Positions 12,776 through 25,611 of a stretch of DNA of 54,165 nucleotides are shown here, piece by piece; position 1 is the stretch's first letter; every line of letters begins with the position of its first letter. A model generated the notes under the pieces. The model worked only from the letters and a program-made list of their open reading frames with translations. It made no database searches and had not been told where the DNA came from. The position numbers and the translations under genes are program-made. Source of the stretch: Octopus bimaculoides. Lineage: Eukaryota. The DNA lies in assembly GCF_001194135.2 (NCBI RefSeq), contig NC_068981.1, forward strand, positions 43,127,642 through 43,181,806, written 5' to 3'.

Positions 12776-12779
12776 ATTG

Positions 12780-13259
12780 ATGACTGATAAGGGTACACCA
12801 GGCACATGCATCACAACCATATGTGCATGACATGGTGATCTCATATCAAGATAAACAGTGCATGACCTCGCAGGTGGGGCCCAGTTGGAATTTTCTTCAG
12901 GTCGAGTAGTCCATCCCACTCAAAAAGGTCCCTGAATAAGGTTTGTTTAAGGATGATGAACGAAACACCCATGTTTCCAGAGGTGAATTATTCAAACCAC
13001 AAAGAATTCCTCTCAACGCATAGCTATGATGCTCCCCTACTATTTCTGCTCATGATCAGAGATGCACATATTGTCAGCCACCAAGGGGCATGCTCGACTG
13101 GTTAAGGTCAAGCAACTGACAAGCAAATCTGTGGTATTAAGCAGAATATTTGCTGTAGCCCATCTTTTATACCAAGACAAACAATGTACATGATAACACT
13201 TCCAATCAGTTAAGGTCAGAAGCCATGAGAGTCACTGCCTGGTACTGCAGCAGGGCATT

Positions 13260-13260
<1 letters not shown>
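12780..13260 (-). mobile_element. About 500-bp non-coding interspersed element, copy 1
   Basis: Colinear with 44735-45205 (ctgataaggg..caccaggcacatgcatcacaac..gcaggtggggccc..gatcagagatgcacatat). Confidence 0.8.
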
Positions 13261-13930
<670 letters not shown>

Positions 13931-13945
13931 TTTATTATTATTATT

Positions 13946-13976
<31 letters not shown>

Positions 13977-13989
13977 CTGTTGTTGTTAT

Positions 13990-14195
13990 TAAGGTAGCAA
14001 GCTGGCAGTGGTATTTCAGCTATGCTTGCGTTCTGGTTTCAAATCCTGCCATGGTCAACTTTGCTTTTTATCCTTTCGAAGCCGATGAAATAAGTACTGG
14101 TTGAATACTGGGGTCAGTGTAATCAACTAGCCCCCTTCCTCCAAATTATCAGCCTTGTGCCTTTAGTAGAAAGAATTATTATTATTTTTATTATT
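13990..14195 (+). mobile_element. Degenerate SINE family C
   Basis: aaggtagcaagctggcag..ggtcaactttgctttttatcctttcg..tactggggtc..agccttgtgcc. Confidence 0.7.
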
Positions 14196-15157
14196 ATTAT
14201 CATTATGGTCTTGTAAACCTGCAAGATCAATAGTTCACAAAAATGCTTTCTTCTACAAGTTTTATAACTAACTAAAACATCAATTTTACATGGCATATTT
14301 GTGCACATACATATTTTACAATGTAAATTACTCAGTGAACAGAACCTATGAACTAATTTTTATTGACAATTAGAACAGCTTCACTCAACAATAAACTTAC
14401 AATGTTTTACAGAAATACTATGTAAACCATAGACACAAATTTTCATTTGTTTTTTTCTTTTTACTTGGATACTGTAACTTCAAGACTTCCTAGTTAAGCT
14501 CAGGACTTAGCTTTTATACAAAGAATAGCCTTCTCGAAAAAACAAAAAAACAAAAACAAATAAACTTTAAATAATAAACAGCAAACATGTTATGAATTTA
14601 TTAAAAAAAAATGTATTTCACATTCACTTGTAAGTCTTTGTCCTGAAACATTAATCATTCTATAAAATTAATAATTTCTAATCTTTTACATTGCATTAAG
14701 TGTGGGAGANNNNNNNNNNNNNNNNNNNNNNNNNNNNNNNNNNNNNNNNNNNNNNNNNNNNNNNNNNNNNNNNNNNNNNNNNNNNNNNNNNNNNNNNNNN
14801 NNNNNNNNNNNNNNNNNNNNNNNNNNNNNNNNNNNNNNNNNNNNNNNNNNNNNNNNNNNNNNNNNNNNNNNNNNNNNNNNNNNNNNNNNNNNNNNNNNNN
14901 NNNNNNNNNNNNNNNNNNNNNNNNNNNNNNNNNNNNNNNNNNNNNNNNNNNNNNNNNNNNNNNNNNNNNNNNNNNNNNNNNNNNNNNNNNNNNNNNNNNN
15001 NNNNNNNNNNNNNNNNNNNNNNNNNNNNNNNNNNNNNNNNNNNNNNNNNNNNNNNNNNNNNNNNNNNNNNNNNNNNNNNNNNNNNNNNNNNNNNNNNNNN
15101 NNNNNNNNNNNNNNNNNNNNNNNNNNNNNNNNNNNNNNNNNNNNNNNNNNNNNNNNN

Positions 15158-15199
<42 letters not shown>

Positions 15200-16654
15200 A
15201 GTTTCTCTTTTTCGCTTTTGTTTAAATTTCAGTTTTATACTTCTGGCATTTTAACATTGTTTTAAAAGCTGTTTTAGTTTCTCTTCCACTTCTTTCCTCA
15301 CCTTCTATTTCTTTTCTTTGTCTTTTTATTTCTTGCTCTTTTATTTCTGCCTCACCATCTCTTTCACTTCTCTTCCCTGTTAATAGTATTTTACAGTGAT
15401 TAGTGAGTGAAGATATTGACTGCACCAGTAAGCATTACTCAATAATAATCTCAATAGTTTCCTTTAATTTATGTGTAAGCTTGAATAAAATAATTTCATT
15501 TTGTTTACTCTTGTCTAGCCAAAGTGGATTGATCTTGCATTTAATATATCTAGCTTTTAATAACTCATAGTCAAACAATTCTAGAAACTATCAATTAGAA
15601 TGTGAAACGGAGTGCTATGTTGCTGAAATATTAATTTCTTTCAACAAGGCACAAAGCCAATTTTTACAAGAGAAGCTTATATATTTGATTCATTCAACTC
15701 CAGTTGTTATTTAGTATCCCACCTAGGTCAGGCTTCACTGAACAGACTTGTGATCAAAGGCAGTCTATCAATGATCATCCTCTCATTTTGTTTAGCAGGG
15801 ACAATATTGTCCAATGTGTCCTTTTATTTTTTTTGTTTCAGATTGTAATGTATGACTTGAAATAAATTTGACTGCTACTTCAAGTAATTTCTGTGACCAT
15901 TTAGAAGCTCCTTACATTTATAAATAGAAGATATTTTATCAACCATTCCAATCAAATGAATGGCAAATTTCACCTAACATGATTTGTTAGGGAATAGTGG
16001 AAATGGGCTTAATTGTCAGGGAATAGTGGAAATGGGCTTAATTGTACAAATCATTTTATTCAATATGATTAACCAACGGTTAACCTCAGTCAAGAAGTTC
16101 TATGATTAAATATGTTCTAGCTATAACCATAGTAATTTTACAGATAGTATATTCAAGACTTTCTTATCGTTCATGTCCAGCCATTTTGAAAACAACAATG
16201 TGTAATTTAATGGAGTTTTGCCTACTATTTCTAACAGATCGAACAGTGACATGCGGCTCCCTTGTAAGTGCCAATATTGTATATAGCAATTCTGTGTCAA
16301 AGATACTTTGTATGTATGTATGTATGTATGTATGTATGTATGTATGTATGTATGTATGTGTGTATGTATGTGTGTTTGTATGTAAAGAGGTGGTGGCAAA
16401 GAATTTTTACAAACCTTTTGCTGGGTAATGAAGACAATAGTTTTATGCTAAAGTTTGAAAATCAGTGAAGTAAGTTTGACAAAACTATGTTCTGAGAGGA
16501 AACAATAAGTGTTAGAAATTGCTAAAAGAATTTGAGAAATTGTTAAAATGGTAAAGAAACTGGTAAAATATACTTGAGATTGGTAGAGTCCAGAAGATGG
16601 AGAAGGTGTCCCAGAAGATGGTACAATCAAAGAAGATAGAATAAAATAGACACA

Positions 16655-16800
16655 CGAAGCATGGTTTCGGGTTGGGTTCAGTCCCACCGCATGGCACCTT
16701 GGGCAAGTGTCTTCTGCTATAGCCCTGAGCCGACCGAAGCTTTGTGATTGAATTTGGTAGGCAGAAGTTACTGCTGTGTGTGTATATGTCTGTGTATGTG
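16655..16800 (+). mobile_element. SINE family A head fragment
   Basis: gggttcagtcccaccgcatggcaccttgggcaagtgtcttctgctatagcc. Confidence 0.75.
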
Positions 16801-17130
16801 CTTGTGACTCTCTCAGAAAGAGAGAGAGAGAGAGGGAGAGGGAAGGAAACTTTGTTTTATACATGTTGCAGGGTAGAACGTGAGACAGAGGAATAAAAAT
16901 GGTATTTTTGAGAGAAGATTGTATGTAAGGTTTAAGGAAGCAGCAAATGAAATGGCATGGGTGTGGATATGTGTGCATGTGGATGTAGTTATCAACATGC
17001 TAATGAGTGAGTCATGGTCAAGCAGAAGTGATGGATGCAACGAGGAGAGAGAAATGTGTGATTCAAAGGTACCAATCAAAACAAGTAATGTCTAAAAGGT
17101 AGAAGAATGTATGTTTGAGAAAGCCAATAA

Positions 17131-17178
<48 letters not shown>

Positions 17179-17559
17179 GTGAAGGGTGTGAGAGTATCAA
17201 TGAATATGTGCATGAGTGTGAATGTGTGAAAAGTAGATGTATGGTGAGTGGGTATGTGTTTATATATGTGCCAAACAGACAAGGTGGCAGGTGAATAGAA
17301 GTGTGTGTGTATATGTTAAGTATGTGAATGTGTAGTGAGTGGGATGAGCAAAGAGATGTGTGTGGATGTGGAAGCTTTGAGTTTGTGTGTATAGAAAGAG
17401 TGTATAAGAACAGGATGGAGAAGGTTGAGGTGTGGGGGTAGAGAGGCAAGACTTGTGGCTAGTAGAGGAGTGTGTGGGTAGGTGAAGTGCGGAAGAGGAA
17501 GAAAGAGAGAGAAGCAAACATGTAAGGTATGTAATTCTGGAGCCAGTGGGAGAAGAGCA

Positions 17560-19450
17560 AGGTAGTGAAAAGCGAAGAGGTGAATTTAAAAGTAAAGATG
17601 TGTAAGATTTAAGAAAGATGTTGTGAGGACTGGGAGGGCCAGTGCTAGTGCCAAGCCGAAGACAAAGAGATGTTGGATGGAGTAGTCAGTTGAACAGAAA
17701 TTTTGAGAGATACATAATCTGTTGCCAAGTTAGATATCTCTGAGGTGCTCTGCAAACTTATCAGATAGTTGGTAGTCAATTTGTTTGATGTAGATTGAAT
17801 TGAAGAAGGAACATTGGAGCACATATATGAGGTTGGTATAAAAGCATCAGAAAGAGTCCCTAATGTGGAAGGTATGGTGATTGGGTCAAGTGGGGGTGGT
17901 AGTGTTGAAAAGGGAAGGGCAAATGTGGCTGTGGGGATGGGATCAAGGAAAAGATTCAGGAGATCAGGATGTGTGATAGAGCTATGGATGAGGAAGCTGT
18001 GTATGCTGCAGACATTATCATCATCATCATCCAGTGTTTTAAATCCAGGTTTTGTCCCTGTTAATGGGGGTGGCCGGATCTACCTCAAAGTCATAGCAAC
18101 CGCCCTCACATCATCTCACCATCTTGTCCGGTTTTGGGCGTCCTCTTTTTTCAAACCAGCCCTCCCAATCTCCTCCTCCACCTTTTGCTCAGTCTACCTC
18201 ACTTTCGTGCTCCATTTACCTCCATTACAAAAAAAGGAATGACTAGAGGAAAGAAGAAACGAGAGATGGCAGGGTTAGATTAAAGGTGGTAGAAGAGGCA
18301 GAGGATGGTGCAAGGTGGCAGGATGTAGGTAAGGGAAAAAGGTGATCTAGTGGTTGAGTTTTGGGAGTAAGGTGTAAAGGTTGAAGTGCAATCATAGGCA
18401 TGGGTTTCGTAGAAGCAGTTTGAATAAGGATGGGTGGGCAACCATCTCAAATAAATTGATAAGGCATGCATTAAAATTGAGTCTCAAAAACAAGGTTATG
18501 GCTACAAGGACATGGAGACAGAGGAAATAAGATTAGAGGATGGCGAGCTTATTGTGGATGGGGTTGGAGGAGAGAAAGTCTAGGTAGACGTAGATGATAG
18601 TGGGCTTGAGGAAAACAGAAGAGGAAAGGGTGAGGGTGTAATGCTTGATAGAAAAGGTGACAAAAATGAAAGATCTTAGCTCTTTGGTGAAGAGAGATGG
18701 GTTACCGATACTGTCATCAACATAACGACCCTATAGCTCAGGGATGGGACCAGTAAATAAGTAAAAATTTTAGGGTTCAACATAGTCAACAAATAGATTA
18801 TATAGTTGGGGTTCCATTCTATTAGGCATCCTAATAACGTCTTTGTAGATCTTGCATGTGAAAGCTAAATCAGCTAAATGGAAGTCAGTGAAGGTACTTG
18901 GATAAAGTGTATTATGGAGATTGGGGAAGTGCTAGAATGTACAGAGGTTCTCATCATGAGGGATGATGATATATAAAGAGATGATGTCTGAAGTGTATAG
19001 AAGGTGGGGTGGGACAGGGGAAGGAGTTGAAGAGGTGATAGTGTGGTCAGCATTGTGGATGCAAAAAGAGGAAGCAGCAATCAGAAGTGTAAACAGGCTG
19101 TCAAGGTGGTTGGTGATAAATTTAATTGAGTAGTTACAGGCAGAGATGATGGTGTGGTCTGAGTTGTTGGGTTTGTGGATCTTGCTGGAGGAAGTATATT
19201 GTAGGATGTGGGGTATGCAGATGATGAAGCTGGAAGTGGTAGAGAGTAGAAGGGAGGTGACGATGAGTTGGCAAATATAGAAAATGTGTTGTTGGTGCTG
19301 AGGGTAGGGATCAGAAGACAAAGAATGATAGAAGAGTGTGTTCTGGAGTTGTAACACTTTAGTCCTGTAGAGGTTGGTACACCACACAACCATTGTGCCA
19401 TCCTTGTGTGCTGGTTTAATGGAAATATTGTAATGATGTTAAAAGAAACC
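17560..19450 (-). mobile_element. Decayed Penelope-like element (RT plus GIY-YIG endonuclease)
   Basis: Minus strand SKIHKPNN..IISACNY..HLDSLF, SLYIIIPHDE, FTGPIPEL*GRYVDDSIG (RYVDD at 18713-18727), then HTFHIRDSF*CFYTNLIYVLQCS..IYIKQ..DKFAEHLRDI. The order and motifs match Penelope-like ORFs. Confidence 0.85.
18012..18245 (-). mobile_element. RTE LINE 3' tail inserted into the Penelope-like element
   Basis: Minus strand GLKKEDAQNRTRW*DDVRAVAM, then a short UTR and (GAT)n tail. Confidence 0.65.
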
Positions 19451-19976
19451 CAGAGAGACGTGGAATAAATCTTTCTTAAAATTTTACCATCTCTATCATC
19501 AGACTTTTGTAGGTTGTAAACAGCTGTAGTCATTTGTTTATATATAGTCTTGTGTTCAACAATCTGGTCATAAAAATATTGTGACATTCCCTCCTCCACA
19601 TTTCATATTTCTAATCTGTGTTCATTAATTTTGAGAAGTTTCACTTGTTGACTTATTCAAGCAGTGTGGTAATAAAACTGATTTTATTAGTGGTCCTATT
19701 CTTAAGAAGTTTGCTTTGCAATCATAAATCCCCAAGTTCAGTATTATAGCCTAGTGCTTTGGATAATGTCTTCTATCATAGCTTTGGGTTAGTTTAAGCC
19801 TTTGTGAGTAAAATAGGCAAGTTAGAAATTAGATGGACTGTATTTGTATTTCAAAGGATTAGCTTGTTACATTATATCATGTTGACTCTTCCAAAGGATT
19901 AAGCGAAAAGTATAAGTCTCTGTGGAATACTCAGCCTCTTAGCCTCTAATTCAGTGAGGGTAGATACTTCCATCAA

Positions 19977-20205
19977 TTAACTCTTTTGATACTAAACAGC
20001 CCAAGACAACCCCAGGTTCTGTGATGTAAAGATTCTCTCTTAAAATAATCTAGATTAGATCTTCTATCAAATTTCAAGATAATTTGTGTTCGAAACACCA
20101 GCATAATAGAGACAAAGTTATTTTACTTAAATTTTCCATTATCTTTAAAGTTAATTGAAACAAATGCAATGTATTTCAACAGAAATATTGGAAGAAAAGG
20201 GTTAC
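19977..20205. mobile_element. Putative piggyBac-type MITE (degenerate)
   Basis: Begins ttaactctttt and ends aaaagggttac, consistent with TTAA plus CCCTTT..AAAGGG termini. Confidence 0.45.
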
Positions 20206-20309
20206 ACAACAGAAATGTTCATTGTTGAAACTGACCAAGGATATATTTACTTTAATTTTATAGTTATACATTTGGTATATCTGAAGTTTTAATTACCAGT
20301 CAGATTGAT

Positions 20310-20626
20310 TTGAGTGAGATCGCTGCCAGTGCATTCAAGCGAAATCGTTGCCAGTTCCAATGGACTGGCTCCTGTGCAGGTGGCACGTAAAATGCACCAT
20401 TTCGAGCATGGCCATTGCCAGTACTGCCTTGACTGGCCTTCGTGCTGGTGGCACGTAAAAGCACCCACTACACTCTCGGAGTGGTTGGCGTTAGGAAGGC
20501 CATCCAGCTGTAGAAACTCTGCCAAATCAGATTGGAGCCTGGTGTAGCCTCCTGGTCCACCAGTTCTCAGTCAAATCGTCCAACCCATGCTAGCATGGAA
20601 AACAGACGTTAAATGACGATGATGAC
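20310..20626 (+). mobile_element. SINE family B
   Basis: gtggcacgtaaaagcacccactacactctcggagtggttggcgttaggaagg..ccatgctagcatggaaaacagacgttaaatgacgatgatg. Confidence 0.9.
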
Positions 20627-21315
20627 TACTAGAGAATTTACTGCACCTTTTTTGTACAAAATATTAATAATATTTAAAGGTGTTGAGTTCCTACGAATTC
20701 CTTTCCTTCATAGTGACCAATGCTACTTTCAAATGTGCCTGTGTTTTAATACTTTGGTCTTTGTCACTTAATATATTGTATTTGTATAGTTTTGTATTGT
20801 ATTGTCTTGTAATATTTATGTTATTAGTGCCCTCATGGCAAATAAAGATGGCAGTCACTTTGTTTTTTATGATACTGTATTTTTCTCTTTTTTTTTTAAT
20901 AATGTCCTTATTGTTTACTTCTTCCTCACAATCACATCTTTTTTTGTTTTTTACAGGAAACTACACTACAATGGAGTCAGATTCGCTGACTTTCCCTCTC
21001 CCCTCACATGATTGATACAATATGTTTTGTTACACCACATTACAATGCTGAAGAGACTCTCAGTAATTTCTATGGATTCTTTCTTACATTGTCTTGGCAC
21101 CTTGTAAAGAATATCATAAATGTCAAAATTAGGAGTAAATTGGCTTCTCTTTTTACAAATCCTGCAGCCAATATTTTTATCATTTCTTTTTCTGATTTTG
21201 TGGATAGTGATATGAAAATTATTAGTTATTATCCATAAACTGATAGATGGGCTTCAGCCATCTCATTGTTTGTCATCATTGTCAGATTTATAACTCGCTG
21301 AGAAATATTTTCTCT

Positions 21316-21350
<35 letters not shown>

Positions 21351-22084
21351 TATTATCATTATATATTGTTACCTTCTTGTTTGTAATTTATTTTTATCTT
21401 TGTTTTCTTTATTGATTTCTGTAGTTTTATCTTCTTTTTTTTTCAGCTTCCAGATATTATAGTGAAAAATAAGGTCAACAACCATTGGAAAAATATTGTT
21501 TTAAATAGTTATTAAAACTTATTTTAAATCACATACTGAGTCATTTAAAATGAAAATTCTCATACTCCTACTTTCTTAAGAACGATTATGGTAATGAGAA
21601 CCTGATTATTTTCCAATAACTTATTGCTCTAACATTGTGATCAATACATACACATATAGAATATTTGTGCTTGGTCCCAAGTCAGCCCTGATTGGACAAA
21701 CCTATACCAGTCATGACCATTTCCTCTTTTGTGTATCTCAGTAAGCATTGTCCTGAGTATCTTTTTTCCAAGATGGTAGGAGTGTGTGTGCGTGGGAGTG
21801 TTTTGTGTGAGTGTGGGAGTGTGTGTGTGTCTCTCTGTCTGAGTGGGTGTGTTGTTTTAAATACCTTGTGGTGTGTGTGTGTGTGTGTGTGTAAGCAAAC
21901 GTATGTGTGTGATGGTTCATATGTATGTGTATGTCTATGTCTGTATGTGTGCGTGTGTGGCATATATATANNNNNNNNNNNNNNNNNNNNNNNNNNNNNN
22001 NNNNNNNNNNNNNNNNNNNNNNNNNNNNNNNNNNNNNNNNNNNNNNNNNNNNNNNNNNNNNNNNNNNNNNNNNNNNNNTATATA

Positions 22085-22115
<31 letters not shown>

Positions 22116-22313
22116 GTGTGTATATGTTTGTGTGTCTGTGTTTGTCACTCCAACATCGCTTGACAACCAATGGTGGTGTATTTATGTCCCTGTAACTTAG
22201 TGGTTCAGCAAAAGAGACCGATAGAATAAGTACTAGGCTTACAAAGAATAAGTCCTGGCATCAATTTGCTCGACTAAAGGTGGTGCTGAAACAAGTAAAA
22301 TAGTAAAAGAGTA
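22085..22313 (+). mobile_element. SINE family A, 3' half after an N gap
   Basis: catcgcttgacaacc..gatagaataagtactaggcttacaaagaataagtcctgg..aagtaaaatagtaaaagag. Confidence 0.85.
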
Positions 22314-22434
22314 TGATGTTGAATATGATGCTGTATATTTAAACATCATGTTTGCTTTAGCTCAATGATTTGAACTAAAAATGTAAAGGAACATGACTAC
22401 ATATCACAAGACAGTATAGCTAACACCCCTTAAT

Positions 22435-22574
22435 CATCATCATCATTGTTGTTGTCGTCATCAGTGTCATCATCATCGTCGTCGTTGTCATCGTCGTCGT
22501 TGCCATCGTCGTTGTCGTCATCGTCGTCGTCGTCATCATCATCATTGTCGTCATCGTCATCATCATCGTCGTCG

Positions 22575-22605
<31 letters not shown>

Positions 22606-22800
22606 TGTTTTAATGTCCATGTTTCTATCTTTACATCGGGGCTCATTGAATTTGTGTGAGGTGTATTTTCTAAGGCTGGATATTCCTTTTATTAATAACC
22701 CTTATCTGCTTTCAAGCAAAGTAATATTTCTCTCATGGCTGGCCAGATGTGTTTCTGCAGAAGATTGGAGACGAATGATATTGCTTGTTTGAGTGTGATG
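22435..22800 (-). mobile_element. Degenerate (ATG)n-tailed SINE/LINE end with expanded GAT/GAC tail
   Basis: The (CAT/CGT)n tract at 22435-22605 is followed by gttttaatgtccatgtttc..ggctggatattcc..aaagtaatatttctc. Confidence 0.55.
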
Positions 22801-23123
22801 CTTATTTATGACAATCATGTCATGTCTCAAGACAAGGAGGTATAAACACACAAGCACACACATGCATGCACATGCACGTATACACACACACACACACACA
22901 CACACACATGATGAGCTTCTTTCAGTGTCATTCTACCAAATCTAATCATGAGGCTTTGGCTGGTCAATGTAGAAAGCACTTAAAACATTTGCCCAAGTGG
23001 GATTGAACTTGTAACTGAGAAACCTGTATAGTTGATAAGCAAGCCCCTAAACCAGTCGGTTAGGTCATTTAAAATAAAGAATTCAAAGTGTCAAATCTGA
23101 GTGTCAATATGTTTGCTATATAA

Positions 23124-23355
23124 GGACGGTGAGCTGGCAGAATTGTTAGCATGCCGGGTGAAATGCTTAGCGGTATTTCGTCTGCCATTATGTTCTGAGC
23201 TCAAATTCCGCTGAGGTCGACTTTGCCTTTCATCCTTTCGGGGTTGATTAAATAAGTACCAGTTATGCACTGGGGTCGATGTAATCGACTTATCCCTTTG
23301 TCTGTTCTTGCTTGACCCTTCTATGTTTAGCCCCCCTGTGGGCAATAAAGAAATA
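23124..23355 (+). mobile_element. Monomeric SINE family C with 18-bp TSD (1 mismatch)
   Basis: aatatgtttgctatataa at 23106-23123 and aatatgtttgttatataa at 23356-23373. Confidence 0.9.
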
Positions 23356-23990
23356 AATATGTTTGTTATATAAAAAATGAGTCTGTTTTGCCTAGAGGTA
23401 CATCAGGGACTAAATTAGCAAATAAGAAAAGGCTCCTTATATACAGATATCTAGACAGAAAGATAGCTATACTAGTGGGGGGCATGCTGGAGGGGGCAGG
23501 GAGATTGAGTATCAGGTGGTTTTAATTGGTAACTATAATGACTAGGATAATGAGGACAATGATAAGGTTCTTGTGATTGATGAAGATGGCAACATTGGTG
23601 AAAATGAGAAAGATAGCAAAAATGCTGATGTTGGTGGAGTAGACTGTGGTGACAGTAAAGTGAGAGATGAAGATGGATTTAGAGACATTGGTGAATGTGA
23701 TAAAGTTGAAGGTGTTAGTGATGATGTTCATGGTGGTAGAAATGGGTGGGATAGAGATGATAGTGAAGAATGATATGTTGAAGATGATTGTGATGATGGT
23801 GATTGCAGTTATGGAAACGAGGATGGATGGTGGTATAAGCAATAATAATGTTCTGAAAGTATTAAAAGAAACTAGGTGGAGCACCACTAGATGTGCACAC
23901 ATACATGTATATTTGCATACATATGGAAACACCATTGGATGCATATGCATACACTCATACCCAAATATATATATATGTGTGTGTGTTAAA

Positions 23991-24192
23991 TAAAATGAGA
24001 CAACAAAACCAAGGCTGTCTGAAATTTATAGGACGTTTATAAAGAGAAAGGTAGTCTTACAGCTGTTTCTGGGATATTAGGGATATCCTTACATCAGAGA
24101 AGATATGAAAGAGTTAACTAGAGGGAAATACTAGAGTCCAATATAAATGTCCTATAAATTCCACACAGTTTTGGTTTTGTTGTCTCATTTTA
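23991..24192 (-). repeat. 202-bp fold-back element: 51-bp inverted arms around a hammerhead-like core
   Basis: Arms 23991-24041 and 24142-24192 match at 46/51. The centre reads, on the minus strand, TCT-CTGATGTA-AGGATAT-CCCTA-ATATCCC-A-GAAAC-AGCT-GTA-AGA. Confidence 0.7.
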
Positions 24193-24417
24193 TATAACAT
24201 ATACATGCCCATGCAAGACCTACATTAGACTCCTCACTTATATTATTATCGAACCAAGAGTCTAACTACAGTCCCCCTGTAGCACTTACATGACCTTACC
24301 TGTCATCTTGGGTCTTCTGGATGCCAATATCTCTCACACACACACACATTTAGATATACATAAACATAGAGTAAGTATACTTGTATGTCAACATGTGTTT
24401 TTTTGCATTTCAGTATG

Positions 24418-24454
<37 letters not shown>

Positions 24455-24736
24455 GAGGGTGATAAACCGGTACACAATCAATTCTTTATTCTGTATATTT
24501 CTCATTTTGTCTTGCCCGCTTATGTTCTGGTGTTTGCGAAATTTTTTTTTTCTGGAGAACATTATTTTTCTTTGTGGCTGGGTCGTTGATGACCTCTTTC
24601 TAGCATATCGGATGTCCACTTAGTGGTCATCCCTTCTTATACACACACACACACACTCACACACACACACTCACATATATATACATATATATATATATAT
24701 ATAAAACAAAGAAGTAACAAGGATGTCCTCGTATCA

Positions 24737-24826
24737 GTGCATTACAGCCGATTCAAGCAACTCCATTTAATCGATCAATGACAACATTACATCAATTTGA
24801 AATAAACTGCTCTCCTCAGACACAGC
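24737..24826 (-). ncRNA. Type I hammerhead-ribozyme-like motif with long stem II (degenerate copy 1)
   Basis: ctgtgt CTGAGGA GAGCAG-[long hairpin]-TTGCTT GAAT C GGCT GTA atgcac. Lesion: GAAT instead of GAAA. Confidence 0.6.
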
Positions 24827-25160
24827 CAACCATACAGATTTCCGGCATAAAGAATAAAACATCTTTAGCGCAACTTGCATCAGTACTAGCAACCAAAATA
24901 ATTACATTGCTTTTACTCACTATTTTTCTCTGGCAGAATGAATTCAGTAAATAATGCATACCTACATTCTACTATGATTTGAAGTAGCATAATGGAATAG
25001 TGGGAGTCAAGAATGATTAAAAGAGAGATAGTTAAATCTACATTCATCATTATTACCTTTCTAAGATTACTTGCAGCATGTTGTCTCCAACTCTTAAGAA
25101 ATAAGCCCTTTGGGAGTTGACAGTTAAGTTCCTGCTAGTGGTGATAAATCAATTAAATTG

Positions 25161-25250
25161 ACTGCACCCGAGGAGTGTGGTTTATTTCAAATTGATGTAA
25201 TGTTTTCATTGATCAATTAAATGGAGCCACTTGAAACGGCCATAATGCAC
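25161..25250 (+). ncRNA. Type I hammerhead-ribozyme-like motif with long stem II (degenerate copy 2)
   Basis: ctgcac CCGAGGA GTGTGG-[long hairpin]-CCACTT GAAA C GGCC ATA atgcac. Lesions: U4 to C and G16.2 to A. Confidence 0.6.
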
Positions 25251-25376
25251 TGATGCCTGGACATCCTTGTTACTTATTTGCTTTTTATTCATCTAGCTTC
25301 GAGCTGCACAGACTTTACCAAACTACTTTGGTGCCTCAATTTAAGTACCTAATTCAACTGAATCTCAATTATTTCT

Positions 25377-25585
25377 CATCATCATCATCATCATCATCAT
25401 CGTTTAACGTCCGCTTTCCATGCTAGCATGGGTTGGACGGTTTGACTGGGGACTGGTGAGCCAGATGGCTGCACCAGGCTCCAGTCTGATCTGGCAGAGT
25501 TTCTACAGCTGGATGTCCTTCCTAACGCCAACCACTCTGAGAGTGTAGTGGGTGCTTTTACGTGCCATGAGGGCCAGTCGTGCCG
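25377..25585 (-). mobile_element. SINE family B, 3' part
   Basis: Reverse complement of the family B tail, with (CAT)n at 25377-25400. Confidence 0.9.
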
Positions 25586-25611
25586 GTGGTACACACACAC
25601 ATATATATATA

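Noticed and set aside
16380-16650. Possible decayed RTE pre-RT peptide (KRWW..NGKETG)
   Set aside because: Similarity is too weak to support by eye.
20955-21015. Possible terminal exon after a good acceptor (ttttttacag|G; KLHYNGVRFADFPSPLT* or NYTTMESDSLTFPLPSHD*)
   Set aside because: No recognisable protein and no partner exons. The segment tggagtcag..gact..ccctctcccctc resembles a decayed SINE C tail.
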